From NCBI GenBank assembly GCA_008369845.1, contig MRSU01008478.1, forward strand, positions 1 to 39,724: a DNA stretch of 39,724 nucleotides, read 5' to 3'. Below, in pieces: positions 20,486 to 33,800 of this stretch. The notes under the pieces are model-generated. The model ran no database searches and was not told the DNA's origin. It saw nothing but the letters and a program-made list of their open reading frames with translations. Origin of the DNA: Trichomonas gallinae (taxonomy: Eukaryota). The position numbers and the translations under genes are program-made. Each line of letters begins with the position of its first letter. Position 1 is the first letter of the stretch.

Positions 20486-21296
20486 ACTATATTCACCATG
20501 TTGTAGAACTATTAATATTTACTTCATTATCGTGAATATATGAAAAATATCTATTAATATTTGAGAAAACACGTAATATAAATTTGAGATAGCTAAATTA
20601 TATTGATGAGTATTATAGTAGCTAAATATCTGATACACTCAATTTAGTTAGATGATTTATATATGTATTCAGTCTATTGGACATGTGTAATATAATTGAA
20701 TTGTAAATATGTAAATTTCGATTGTATCAACACTGTATTATGAAGAAAATTTTTGTTTCTAAGGCAATATTAAAATATCAACAAAATTGAGCAAATGAAA
20801 TATTTCAACAAGGAAATATTTTCCATTTCGGATGTTATTCAACTAGGTTCAGCTACTTCATGCCATAATGAGTATGAAAATACTGAGTTTATGGACAGAT
20901 GTCTCCAATTAAATGTTGGGAATATCAATATACAAAACTATTCTATTTTACCATACAGATATTAATTTTATGCTATATGTAACCGTTTCTCATCGCGTGC
21001 ATATATGAATCGCCCTAACAAATGAAAACGTTTTGATGAATAAACCAAAGATCAAGCGATCTCATATTATTTGGTAAATACTGTGCATGGATATATTCAT
21101 AGTCAACTTATTTATGCTTTGTTACATTGTTTGAAAAAAAATATTGATTTAGAACTTTGATTCTAAAAGCGGAATTGTCTTAATATTGCTGTGGAAAAGA
21201 TATAACAGTTAAACAACGTACGTACAAACATTTAGTTAAATACAACAAGAAGTTTTTCAAACAATTATAAAACAACAAACACTGTAGAATCTAATA

Positions 21297-21763
21297 TTAT
21301 AATATTGAAGTATCTGGTGTGATAGCCTTTGGTGATTGGAATGAAGATTTAGCAACAATGCATGTCGGCTCTTTAGACATCGCTCTGATATGATGCTGTC
21401 TTATCGGAGCATCCCTTTGGTCGTATAACGATATTATTAGCTTTCTGCATGGTACAGTAAGTTGCGCGTCCGGTAATTCAGAGACGGCCTTAAGCAATGT
21501 GTCTTTGACTTGTAAATATGGCTCATCACCACGAGCCGGGTTTTGTATTTTGATAGAACTTAATAATTGTGCGATTTTGAATTTAGTGAGGACATTATTA
21601 TCGCTCTGCGAGAAAGATTCGGAAAGCCTCCGACGATTTGAGAAAATTCGCGAGTGCGTAGCTTTTTAATTGACCTATGCGTGTCTGTGATGAATTCATA
21701 CGACCAAGTTCCAGAGGGTTTCTTTGCTTCGTCGATAATACTATCAAGAAGCATTGTAGACAT
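21297..21763 (-). pseudogene. Frameshifted small hypothetical gene (about 155 aa if repaired)
   Basis: A GC-richer island within very AT-rich DNA. The ATG frame 21763..21560 overlaps a second open frame 21665..21297 that lacks an N-terminal ATG. One frameshift near 21605 joins them (…SDNNVLTKFKIAQLLSSIKIQNPARGDEPYLQVKDTLLKAVSELP…). Confidence 0.6.
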
Positions 21764-24317
21764 TAATTTGAAAAAAATCTGAACTCTCTTTGAATTATTT
21801 GATTGATTCCTTCAATTTTATTATAGTGTTTATATAATGTATTATGTACATATGAATGAAAATTTTATGACGATTAAGTTTATTTTTTAGAGTAAAATAT
21901 TTTCAATGAGCTACTTGAAAATCATCGAGGTTTTTTAGATCATATATCATATTATAAACATTTTTTATTTTACAAAAAATATTCATTCGAGAAATCTATC
22001 TCAGTATATAATATTAATTCTAAATAATATGATTTTATTTTTGAAAAAAATATTTAAAATTAAAAATTTGAATTAATTTTCTGATGCAATCAGTATCATA
22101 TCTATTGTAATTCTTGAACCAAAATCAAAATTGAGAGTGCAACTTTTTGAAAGTATCAAATAAAAATAATATGTTTATAGTCATATTATGATTGTTTTTA
22201 ATCAGCACGTTATTATTATAAAATTTATCGTTCTGACTCATTTATTTTTTGTTGGAAATTCATTTAGCTAATCATATGCAATCATATTTCTCTCATAAAT
22301 TTCTTGAGAAGTTTTGAATATGTAATGCTGGCAAATTGACACAAAATTCTGAGCTCACTGAACAAGGAAATAATGATCCCACTTCCATATCTCATGCTAT
22401 TTCTGATTTTTGAAGAGTTTATTTTACAGACTTCCATAGCACAATTTAAAATAGTTTACATACCAATTATTTTAAATCAATTTTTTGATCGAGATAGTTC
22501 TTTCTCATTTTTTGCCTCGAATTTAAGATATATTGACTTTTATTGTAATACATATGATTTTATTATTCATATTAAATCATTATAATACAAAAATTAGAAT
22601 TTTAAATTACCAACTTTAATCAGGAATTAATCATTTTTATCTCAAAATACAGGGCTCAAAACATTCTAAGAAAATTGCACACTATGAAGACAAACATGCA
22701 GTTCCCGTTCAAACATTGCATTTATTTAAGGTATTTGTGTAGAATAATTGCCAATTAAGATGTTTCAAAATCAAAGTCGCTTTTGAGTGAGGAAAACTCT
22801 GTGTATTGACATATATTCTTTGGTAACAAGGCTTTCAAAAAGACAGGGGCGTGTTGTCCAATATTAATTTTACCAACTTAAAAACGCTTTTATAACGTGT
22901 TGCCGCAAGATATCCTTCAGAGAAACTTAGTTACCAACCATAACAAGCTTTAAACAATCTGGTAAGCACATGTTAAGTTCAAATACAACAAATTATCAAA
23001 TAAGGACATGAGTAAACACAAGTAGAACGACACCCATAGTCACAAAAACAGCTGCATATTCAGTTCAGCAGAATGCAATACCTTAATAGCTTAATGCTAG
23101 ATGAGTTGCACAAGAGATTGACAATTAATTGTTACTTTGCGGTGGAATCATATCCAAAGTTAGAGTTTTGTTCATGCCAATCTAAGGATCTAAACCCTTG
23201 TCATTGTACTATCTATGTATTTAATAATATGTATAGTTAAAATCTTATTTGATCATTCATCAATTGAGAATTATTATGTTGTATCTTTTGGGAAGAAATA
23301 ATTGGATTAAGAAGATGAATGATGATTCATATTTCATCTTTCAAACCAAAATATGGCTTGATTTAATTACAAATTTTCGCAATAATAATGTTTTGATAAT
23401 CTTGTTACAATACTTACATGCATATAGATGATTTACAATTCACTTTTTCCATTTCAGTATCATATGTTGAGATTCTATTCATATTGTTTTTGAATGTGAA
23501 TTTTGAACCTATTCTTGCATGATATTTATATAAGCTATAGACATAGTAATATTATATCAACCGATCATTGAAAAAGGAATAATATTTGACGATTATATTT
23601 CATTTAATTACAAATTCTCAGCAATATCAGGTATATTGGACCTAATATATCTCATCTGATAGCCAAAATGGCACAAATGTCAAAAGCACAGACTGTAACT
23701 TTTATTATATAATTTCTTTTAATTTTGATATTCAAAGATTAATGACTGCAGATCATGCGTTACGCCCGTTTGACGGACAAACAGACTGTTCAGCGATAAG
23801 AAGTATATCATTCTTTGATAAAAAAGCCTGTATTTTTTTACATCGTTATTTTTCTTTATATTTTAATCAAACTTATCTTTTCAATTTCAAAATACGTTTA
23901 TATAACGATAGTAGCTCATTTCTTTTATTTTTGGCTATTATCGGTTTTGAATTTACTTATGAATTCTCTGAAAAATTAGTGTACAATTTGTTTTTAATTA
24001 TGATTCCGGTCATCTTGTTGATAAAAAAAAATTAACAGCTCTCAAAAGTCTCATTAGAAACAAACTTTATTATTATATTAATAACAATAATATAAATGAT
24101 TTTGTATCATTATTATAGTTCTATGGATTCTTTTGTGAACGCATTGAAAATGAGAATAACTTATATTCTACGTATATATATTTTATATCATTTGGTTAAT
24201 TTTTGGTTAATTGAATTTGCTCACAATTTAGTCAACACGTTTAATCACATATTATAATACCCATCTTTTAGATAAGATTTTTGCGAAAAAAATAACAACT
24301 CGCCAAATTTTAATAAA

Positions 24318-25289
24318 ATGATTATTGAGGAAGACGAGAACTTGTTCCTGAAAGAACAAGGACTCGTAATAAACAGTGAGATCGCGAAGGGTGGATATGG
24401 TGTTGTTTACAACGTGTACTCAACTGTCTATAACGCTCCGTTTGCTCTTAAAAAGATTCCAGTCGATAAATTCAGAATTTGTGAAGTGGAATGCTTCAAA
24501 CAAATTGACGATCCTCATATAGTTGCCTTGTACCGCCATTTCACATATAACAACTATGTTTATTTACTTATGGAATATTGCCCCAAAGATTTATCAGGTT
24601 TAGTTGAAGAGCTTTCATGTACAATAACAAGTATAGAGCGTGCAAAAATCATTTATGATATGATTTTATGTATAAAGGCTTGCCATGATAGGAAGATTGC
24701 ACATTGCGACGTAAAGCCATCTAACTTCCTCATTGATCAGTACGGAAGGCTCAAAATAACTGACTTTGGACTGTCTACAATCACAGCAGATGAATGCGAA
24801 AAAGATCCTCATGAATATAAAGGCACTCGTTTTTACATGGCACCGGAAATATACAAGAAAGAGCACTATGATAAACTTGCTGCTGACATTTGGGCCCTTG
24901 GTGTTTCAATTTATCACTTATTTACCAAAAATTATCCGTTTTATGACGAAAACACACAGCTCCTCGTTGAAAGAATGAACAGAGGCTTGTTCCCAGTTGA
25001 TAAATTCGATGATGTTAACTTGATTCGCTTGCTAGGAAAATGTTTGCAAAGCAATCCGCAAAAACGTCCAACAGCGGCTGAATTATTGACTTTGCCGTAC
25101 TTCCAGCAGTTCCATATGAATTCTATTAGCTTAATATCGAATAATCTTAAAGTTGGATTTGCCAAAACACTACAAGATCCAATTGTTAAGCCTAAAATAC
25201 CAAAGGTTAAGTCATATATGTCTATAACGGGACGTGTGCCAAAACTGTTAAGAAAAAATACGATGAAATTAGTTTTATCTAATGTTTGA
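24318..25289 (+). CDS. CAMK-group Ser/Thr protein kinase (trichomonad expanded type)
   Basis: IAKGGYGVV, FALKKI, HCDVKPSN, TDFG, GTRFYMAPE, DIWALG and RPTAAELL kinase motifs. Confidence 0.93.
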   Translation: MIIEEDENLFLKEQGLVINSEIAKGGYGVVYNVYSTVYNAPFALKKIPVDKFRICEVECFKQIDDPHIVALYRHFTYNNYVYLLMEYCPKDLSGLVEELSCTITSIERAKIIYDMILCIKACHDRKIAHCDVKPSNFLIDQYGRLKITDFGLSTITADECEKDPHEYKGTRFYMAPEIYKKEHYDKLAADIWALGVSIYHLFTKNYPFYDENTQLLVERMNRGLFPVDKFDDVNLIRLLGKCLQSNPQKRPTAAELLTLPYFQQFHMNSISLISNNLKVGFAKTLQDPIVKPKIPKVKSYMSITGRVPKLLRKNTMKLVLSNV

Positions 25290-25556
25290 TTTGTTGTTTT
25301 CTTCTTCTCTTTATTTGTTTTTAAATATATTTTAGTGTATATGTATCAAATGCAATCATATTTTTTTATCTTTGTGTAAATATAAATTTTGTAATGAAAA
25401 ATATTTGGTTTAAGTAAAATAAATCCGCATTTTTTATTAACACATGTAGGTAAATTAATTCCAATAAGTAAACTATATATATTACAATCATATAATTTTT
25501 TGATCTCATATTATAAAGAATAAGTCTTCTATATTGGTATATTTTCATTAATGGCA

Positions 25557-26696
25557 TCAGTTGAGTTCAAATGGATTGCTTGGAGTTTCATCAGTTAAAT
25601 ATACTTCAGATTCCGTGAATTCGAAATCAATTTCTGATGCTGTTGAAGATTGGCCTTTTTTCCTGACGTTTTTTGCCGTTCTTATTATATTGATAATAGT
25701 GAAAATTGATATTATTACAATTAATATTGTTGCAATCGTTGCATTGATAACAACTATTCTTTTAGGAATGTCCGTTCTTACATAATTTGTCTGTAGTGGT
25801 GGCTGCCGATCAATGACTTGAGGAATATCTTCACCTCTAATAATTATATTTGGAGGATCATCGTACGAACCATCCCACGTTGGTTTTGGTATTGTTGTGT
25901 CTATAGGATTAGGTTTATCTGTAGTAGAAGTTGATATACTTGATATTTCTTGGTCTTCTTTTATAACAGTTTCTGTAGAAGTCTCTTTTTCTATTTCAGC
26001 TTGTTTTAATCCGTTAGGATAGTCGAGAATTTCCTTTGTAACAGGTAAAATTGGTGTATTTTCGATTGAAAGTTTGAATAAATTTTTCAGTTTCTGATTT
26101 TTTAATGTTATTGATAAGTAAATCGGGCCCCACGATGAAGCTTCAAGTATTTTGTCTGGATTTGTCGCTTCCTTAATTTGATTTCCTTCGCGATATTTCA
26201 CAATATTGTGATTTAAAATTGAAGATGGGATTTGTAGAGTTCCACGGTTATGCACGAATATTATACAAAAATTAGAATTTTCAGCTGTGATTAATTTATC
26301 TCTATATTCACTTAAATCGAAAGTTGATTTTGATGTGACGAAAGTTCCGTTATGGCATGTGTCTATCATTGTTTTGCCACCTCTAGCAGTAATAGAAGTT
26401 CTTGTAAATGGTTTTATGTATACAGACAGAGAAGAATCCATAATCCAAAAATTCTTATCCATGTCTGAATGCACTAGATCCCATTTGTCCGGGTCATCAT
26501 CAAGACTGATGTATTTGGAAGCATATCTTATTTCCATGTCCGATAAATCCTCGAAGAAATAGAGAAATGTTTTCCTGAATCCCGAAGTCTGAGAAACTGA
26601 AAATACACAAGGCTCATCACTGGAACAATACCTAGTTTGGGCTTTGCAATCCTCGTAGAAGCTTACTGTCTCAAAATAACTAATCAGGAAAAACAT
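25557..26696 (-). CDS. Hypothetical type I membrane/surface protein
   Basis: Short hydrophobic N-terminus (MFFLISYF), Cys-containing ectodomain, T/P/E-rich stalk, one long hydrophobic segment (IVVINATIATILIVIISIFTIINII) followed by basic residues, and an acidic tail ending NPFELN. Confidence 0.8.
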   Translation of the reverse strand: MFFLISYFETVSFYEDCKAQTRYCSSDEPCVFSVSQTSGFRKTFLYFFEDLSDMEIRYASKYISLDDDPDKWDLVHSDMDKNFWIMDSSLSVYIKPFTRTSITARGGKTMIDTCHNGTFVTSKSTFDLSEYRDKLITAENSNFCIIFVHNRGTLQIPSSILNHNIVKYREGNQIKEATNPDKILEASSWGPIYLSITLKNQKLKNLFKLSIENTPILPVTKEILDYPNGLKQAEIEKETSTETVIKEDQEISSISTSTTDKPNPIDTTIPKPTWDGSYDDPPNIIIRGEDIPQVIDRQPPLQTNYVRTDIPKRIVVINATIATILIVIISIFTIINIIRTAKNVRKKGQSSTASEIDFEFTESEVYLTDETPSNPFELN

Positions 26697-27879
26697 TAAA
26701 AAATGCTACAAAAAACTTAAAAATAAAGAAATCATTCTAGACAACTTGTAGCTTATATCTAAGCCAGAGATTTACTGGAAATATATAATTCGATAATTTG
26801 AGAAAGTTAATCCGCAGTTTTTTACAATTTTCATCATCCGATTTTATATTAGCAACAAAAAGATTAAATAGCAGATTTTTGAAATTATCTTCGGAAGTTT
26901 AAATCTTTGAAAATATTCAGACGTTTTTTCAAAAAATAACAAATTTTTGCTCACAACCAGATTGTTTTTCTTTGAGAATCAGTTTAAAAATCCCGAAAAA
27001 TCTCAACATCATAAAAAGTGACATTGCTGGTCTTATAGTTTAATTATCATTGTTAATGGTAAATAAACATGATTTTGCAGCAAAATAAAACGATTTTTAT
27101 CACTTTTCAATCTCTTTCAATAATTCAAATGCATTCAATAATTGAATAGTTATGTAATGAGAACCGTTTTATTCTATCACAATTTATAATGAAGAAAAGA
27201 TAATTATGCAATATAGAAAAAATGAATTTGAGATAATAAAAGTGCCATTATAGTGTAAAGCTAGATATATGCTTATTGATGAGAATGCATCTAACGGATA
27301 AAGACGGTTTTTAAATTTTTTCATCCGAATTTCTCCTAACTTTTATAGGGGCAACATTTTTTATAGAGGGGATATATTTTCATCTCAGGAAAACCTGCCT
27401 TCTCTAATCATTTTGTAAGACAAAAATTCTAAGAATTTGAGAAATGGAATCATAGTATTTTAATCCACTTAATCAATTCGACGAGTTATTGAAATTTCTC
27501 TATAAATTTGATAAATTTGATCAAAATTTCTAAAATAGGCCCTCCATTCTATTATCTTGTTACCAAAAAAGAGTAATATTATTTAAGCATGAAAATTTTT
27601 TATATTATCCATAAAAAACTCATACAATAATTTTTCAATTTCGAAAATGAATATTGTGAGTCGCTGACTAAAATTTTTAGCATACTCAAGAATTAATATA
27701 TAGTTCTCTCATTTCCAACCATTATCTGGATAAGATTTGATCTACTGTATTAGGATCATCATCGAAATTATTGTTTCCAATGATACATTAACTACATAAG
27801 TTCTAATATGTATATTCAACATTAAATTTATGAAAAATATAAAAAATTTAATCAAAATCTGAAAAAGTTATAAAATAAA

Positions 27880-30800
27880 TTAATCAATTGCGAATATCAT
27901 ATCACCTCTTAATGCCACTATTTCTAGTGGAGTCTTGTTTGCAACTTGGGCTAGCAAACTTAATTTGTGTCTGAAAATGATTGCAAGAGAGAATTTGAGA
28001 TCTTCGAAATTTTGGCTTGCCTCATCTTTCAGTGCTGTAAACAGTGAAACAATATCTTCATCAGGCATATTCTCTGCAATATTGTTGCAAGACATATCAG
28101 CACTGTGGTAGAACTTAATCTTCTGAAGAATAAGAGAGAAAACATTAAGAATCCATTCTGAATGCATCTCATAACCATCAAGTTCAACAATAAGATCAAT
28201 GATATTAACGAGGAGGCTAATCAGCTCTGATGAGTGAGATATGACACAATCTAGCATTTCAAAACCGGTATTTAGTCTGTCTTCTGCATTTCCGAAAATT
28301 GTGCTCAAACATGCCTTGATAAAGCAAAAAGCAATTTGCTCGTTCTCACTCTCCATATTTTCAAGACTTTTAAGTTCATCATTGAAGAATTGTGAATATA
28401 TCTTTGTCTTTGAAAGTGCAATGAAAGCATTGAGACCTGTAGATGTATTAATTATATCATTGCGATTTGACAATTTTGCCAAAATTTCCTCATCAATTTC
28501 GATATCTTCTGGGATATCATACAAACAGGCAACATTCATGTATCCGTTCCTCATTAAATCAACTAGTTTTTCTTTGCTAAGTTGAAGGTTAAGTGTTTTG
28601 ATCTTTGCAAACTTAATGAATCCAATCATAATGGATTTGCGTAATTTGATTTCATGACTTTCGAGGAATTTCTTGATAATATCATGGAATCTGAACATTA
28701 AATCACGATACAATAACGACTTTAGTAGTTTGTAATTAAGTTTTTCATCTTTGCAGACTTTTTCGATTTCTTCTGTTGACAAAATCATGTTCATTATTTC
28801 ATCATCAAGAATTTCAATTCCTGATTCAATGATATATTTAATTCTCTGCGTCATGAATTTGTTATTCTTAATGAGTGATAATGATTCTGGCCTCAACAAA
28901 TACTTCTTCACGAAATCTTTGAATCTAAGGGTGAACTTTTCTTTGTCGTCAGGCTTGAATGAAAGCATTGATAAAATTACATTGATGTTAAAATCATCTT
29001 TGATTTCATTATCAATGATTTTCTCTGCCAAAGATAATAACATTGATTTGTAATCATCGTTGAAATTGTCAAATTCATTCGATAAAATCCAATATATTCT
29101 GATTATTGACAAAATTGATTGAGGAACTTTAGAATGGAAGAAATCGTTTGGATTGTCAATGATTTTGCGTATTCCTTCTTCGAAATACAACAATATGCGT
29201 TTAAGCTCATCTCTCATTGTCAAAGACTTTACATCAGCAAGTTTATATTTTCTGAAGTGTAATAGTCCTATGGAACCATTATATTTGTCGATAATTTTAT
29301 CAAATGGTTTCCATTTCAGTCCAATAAAATCTTTGAAAACAAGATGCAATATTTTCTCAGCAATGTAATTGCAGTGTCGATCTTTATGTGCTGCCATTTC
29401 AAATAATAATATTGCTCCATTTTGTTTAACAGCATTAACGAATAGTTCATTATCAATAACACTTTCGATTTCTGTGATGACTGTTTCAATTGAAATCCGA
29501 TTTGATCTGAAGTATAGTTTTGCAAATTCTGACATCTTCTGTGGCGAATATTTGATCAATGCAATTAATGAGTTAAGAATAATTTGCGATGTTGGCTTAT
29601 CAACCTTTTCGACAATTTCTTCTGCAATTTTTACTGAATAGTCAGGATTATACTCAACGATGAGCTTGATAAATTCTGAATCATGTGCGTGACTTTGTAC
29701 CAAATTGTAAATATTATCTAAAATGATATTTACATTCTCATCATTCAGCAATTCTTTGTGAGTTTCGAAGATTTTGATGACATTTGTGAAATCAGCATTT
29801 TGATAGAAAACAGAGCTGTTAACTCTTGGCAAACATTCAACGCAATATTTAACGATTCTTGTGAAGTCAAACTCATCAATCTTGTTAAGTCCAATGTTAA
29901 CACAAATTGTCAACAAGTTCTTGATGCATCTCCAATTCTTTTCAACAGATGGGAGTTTATCCATGATGTAGTTTGATAAGTTTATATCATCTGTCTTAGA
30001 CAAAACATCGATCAAAATTCCTTTCGCTGATTCATTCTTTCCTTCAGTCAAGCATGAGAAAATATCATCATAGTAGTTCGTGAAATCGATTTTAGCTTTT
30101 AACAGCATATCCTTGAAATCAATATTGAATTCATTTCTAAGATCAGAATAAATGAAGATGTTCAAGAAGAACTTCGATGTCATTTCAGCATCATTGACAT
30201 CAGCTAAAATCGACATCATTTTGTGGTACATGGCTTTGCAGAATTTGATATATTCAGCGTTTTCATCAAAAATCTTTTCTTTCATCGATGGATTAAGTGG
30301 AACTTCATCTGCGACAGGTGGAAGATCATCGAGTTGATAAAAGAGCAGGTAATGATGTGGGCATTCTTTGGTGTAATCTTTGATTTCCGGAAGAGCCCGG
30401 ATACCATCTCTGAGAAACAATGAAAATTCCTTCTCTTCAGAGGACTTCAAGTCATCATAAAAACCATCCTCTTCATCCATATATGGTGGGAAAGGATATA
30501 TAAGGTGCATTCGTTCGAATTCATATTCCATCATTCTTAGATCATCACGCATCCTATCTTCCATCATTCTTGGATCAGGAAAATCTGGCATCATATCTGG
30601 AGGAAATGGATATCCATGAAGATAATAATCTTGCATCATTCTTTCATTATATGGTGGATAACCAAGCCTAATTATATCATCAAAGGAAGGATGATAATTT
30701 GGATCAGGGAATAATTTGGAGAACTCGACTCTATCCTTTGACTGATTGGGGTCTATAGGAACACCCATTATTTTCATATTATTTGTTTCCAATCTTTTGT

Positions 30801-33800
30801 CGGCTTTCCTCATTTCATTTAGTGCTTGATATTCTCTCATATATGCTTCCCTTTCAAATTGTGCCCTCTCTCTATCTTTGATTCTCTCTTTCATTCTTTT
30901 GTCTTTCTTGAATGGGGACATGTACATTTTATGCATATTTTCATCCAGGAATTGCTTGAATTCGTTTGCATGATCCATGCCAAATATAATAGAATCATTC
31001 TTATTGAATTCAATTTCAGTATCACTTATTGATATGAAGCTATGATCGTTTCTAACGCTAGCGATATAATGACCATGATCACTGCCACCAATGTGAATGA
31101 TTGAACCTGTAAATGTGTACTTTGCCTCGACTTCTGAAATTTCTTTGATGTTCAAATGCTCTGGGAAATCATATTGAGATTTTATCTTTGTCTTCGTGTT
31201 ATTTCTCAAGTCGTAATCGAATCTTTTCAGGTGAACAATCAAATATTTTGGTGGAGTTTTGATCTTTGAGTATCTTTCAACATCAACTGATTTACCAAGA
31301 ACATCTGATTTATAGTTTGGAATGATTTCTTTGCTCAAGAAAATCTTGAAAGATTCTTCGATGTTTGCGCAATCTTTGATTACAATCGGCAACAAATAGA
31401 ATTCTTCGATTTTTTCGCTGAGTGTTTGTCCTTGGTAAATGAATTTATTCGACATCTCTCCTTTGAATATATCGCTTATATCTCCGAGATTCGTCAACAA
31501 ATAATCAAGGAATTCAGCAGCATCCTGTTGTTCGCAAAGATTGATTTTGGAGCCGAAATAAACGAATTCTTTGCAGAAATCTTTTGCATCGATATAAGGC
31601 TTAATCGTTTCTCTAAGTCTGAAGAATAACTCTTGGAGTTTCTTGATCCATTCTTCTTTTGGATCTGCTTCTAATAATTTTTGTGTGAAATATTTGTTGT
31701 TAAATAATATTTGGAAAACAGAATTCATGTAGCAAGTTGCTCCTAGATTCTTTAGACCTCTTATCTTTTTGAATTCTGGATCTCTTGTGTCTTTGATTGC
31801 TTCATAGTTTTTGACATTGAATGATACAATTGCAGATAGCTCTTTCATAAGCCATTCATGGAACTTTGGTCTTTTTACGACTTCTTTTATTGCTGGATAT
31901 GCATCGAAGAAAGGAATACTTCTAATGGCAGATTCCACAACATCTTCAATTTCGTCATCAGGAAGATCAGGGAATGTTTGAAAAATCTTTCCGATTATAT
32001 TAAATTTATCTTTATGTTTCATTGCGAATTCGAGACATTTCTTGTAGTTGCAGTTTTCATCAATAAGATCCATTAAATATGGGACATTTTTGTCATTGTC
32101 AATATAATGTTCCAAAATTTCATTCTTGTTAGTGATGTATTCGAATATATTCCTGACATAACATGAGCGATTCTTATCTTCTAGCATATCTTGAGCAAGT
32201 AATGGATCAATTCGTTTAAGATATTTGATGGATTCTTTGAATACAGTATTTAGATTTGCTAATATGTTGGTATTCGGATTCAAAATCGCACCGCCTGTTT
32301 TTGCAGCAAATATCTCGGCTGTTCTTTCATTATCGAATACGATATTTTCACTCAAAACTTGGCAGACATCAAAAATATCTTGCACAAAATTAGAGTTTTC
32401 AATGATCTCTGCAATCTTTGTAACAAGCTTTGGATCAACGCTTGTTGGATCCTTTATGAAGTGAATGTAATAGCTGATCTCATGTCCTTTTGAGTTCATT
32501 ATCTTTTCGTTGATGTTGAAGTCAACATTCTCTGGCTCTCTCATAGCAAACAAACATCTTAACGCCAAACTACTTTTGTCTGCATCATTTGATTTCAGTA
32601 ATTCAACAAATTTTGGTCTCAAGTTCTCCAAAACAATCATGTTGTCTTCATATTCAATTTTCTTCTCTTTTGATTTTGATATAGAGAATGATAATGGATC
32701 AGCTGAATATTTGATTCTTTTGACTTTAGCATTATCGTTCATTTTCGAGATTAGTCTTTTGAGATACCTATTTCCAAGATTTTTGGAATAATAATATGTA
32801 GCGTTTTCAACTACTGCGATTTCACTATAACTCATGATTTGGTTGAATGGTGGATAAAATGGCTGATTTTTTGCGACAGAGCCATGGATTACCATAAAAG
32901 TTAATAGACTTAATCTTCGATTTGTTGATATATCTGATAGTTCTTCGAAAATCTGTCTGAAAGCATTTCCTTGGCATTTGTAGCATAAACTCGCTATGAA
33001 ATTGTTAATGTAATTAAATAATTTTTGTGGAGCGATTTCTATAACTTTCAAAAGAGGTCTGATTGCTTTGACATCGAACAAACCTTTTGGATGATGACCG
33101 TTCTGGTCCATTGGATGACAAATACTGCTCGCAATATAGAACATGAAAGTTGCTAATGCATAGTCAACATTAGTGTATTCAATTGAATTGAGTTTGTCTA
33201 CAACTTTCCAACAGATTTCAGTTGATATTTTTGCATAAGGTTTCTCGAATATTCTGACTATTGCACCAATGGAGTCTTCTTTGATCAATATGTCTAATAT
33301 ATTATGGAGATGCTCAAATATTTGAGAATCAATCTTAAACTCAATGCAATTGAAAATTTTGGCTGAATAAGGAATCGATTTCATCATTGATGAGATTAAG
33401 TATTGAACGATCTTGGTTTCATTTGCTTTGGAAATACAATGCTTAATGAGCTCTTTGATCCTTGGAAAGTTCTCTTCACTGTATTGCATCAAATCTGTTA
33501 ATGTCTGGAAAACAAATTCATCGTTGTTGGAATCATTGAACATATTCTTGAGATTAGACTTAATCTTGCTTATTGGAGTGAACCTGATGCAGACATCTAC
33601 AAGTCTTGATACAAGATTTGGATCTTTGACGTCTTTTTCCATGAGTATTTGGGTGAAAAGATCTATTGTCTCTTCGCTTATGGCATTCTTTATTGAGATA
33701 TTGATGTAAGAGATCAAAATCTCTGGATTGCTTATCATAATTTTGGAAATAATCTTGAGGAAAGGACTCTTGACATTGGACTTGATCATTGAACTCGACT

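Noticed and set aside
23742..24035. 97-aa ORF upstream of the CAMK kinase
   Set aside because: F/L/I/Y-rich translation of T-rich intergenic sequence with no recognisable motif.
27244..27310. tRNA-like start GCCATTATAGTGTAA
   Set aside because: No T-arm (GTTCRA), anticodon stem or matching acceptor stem.
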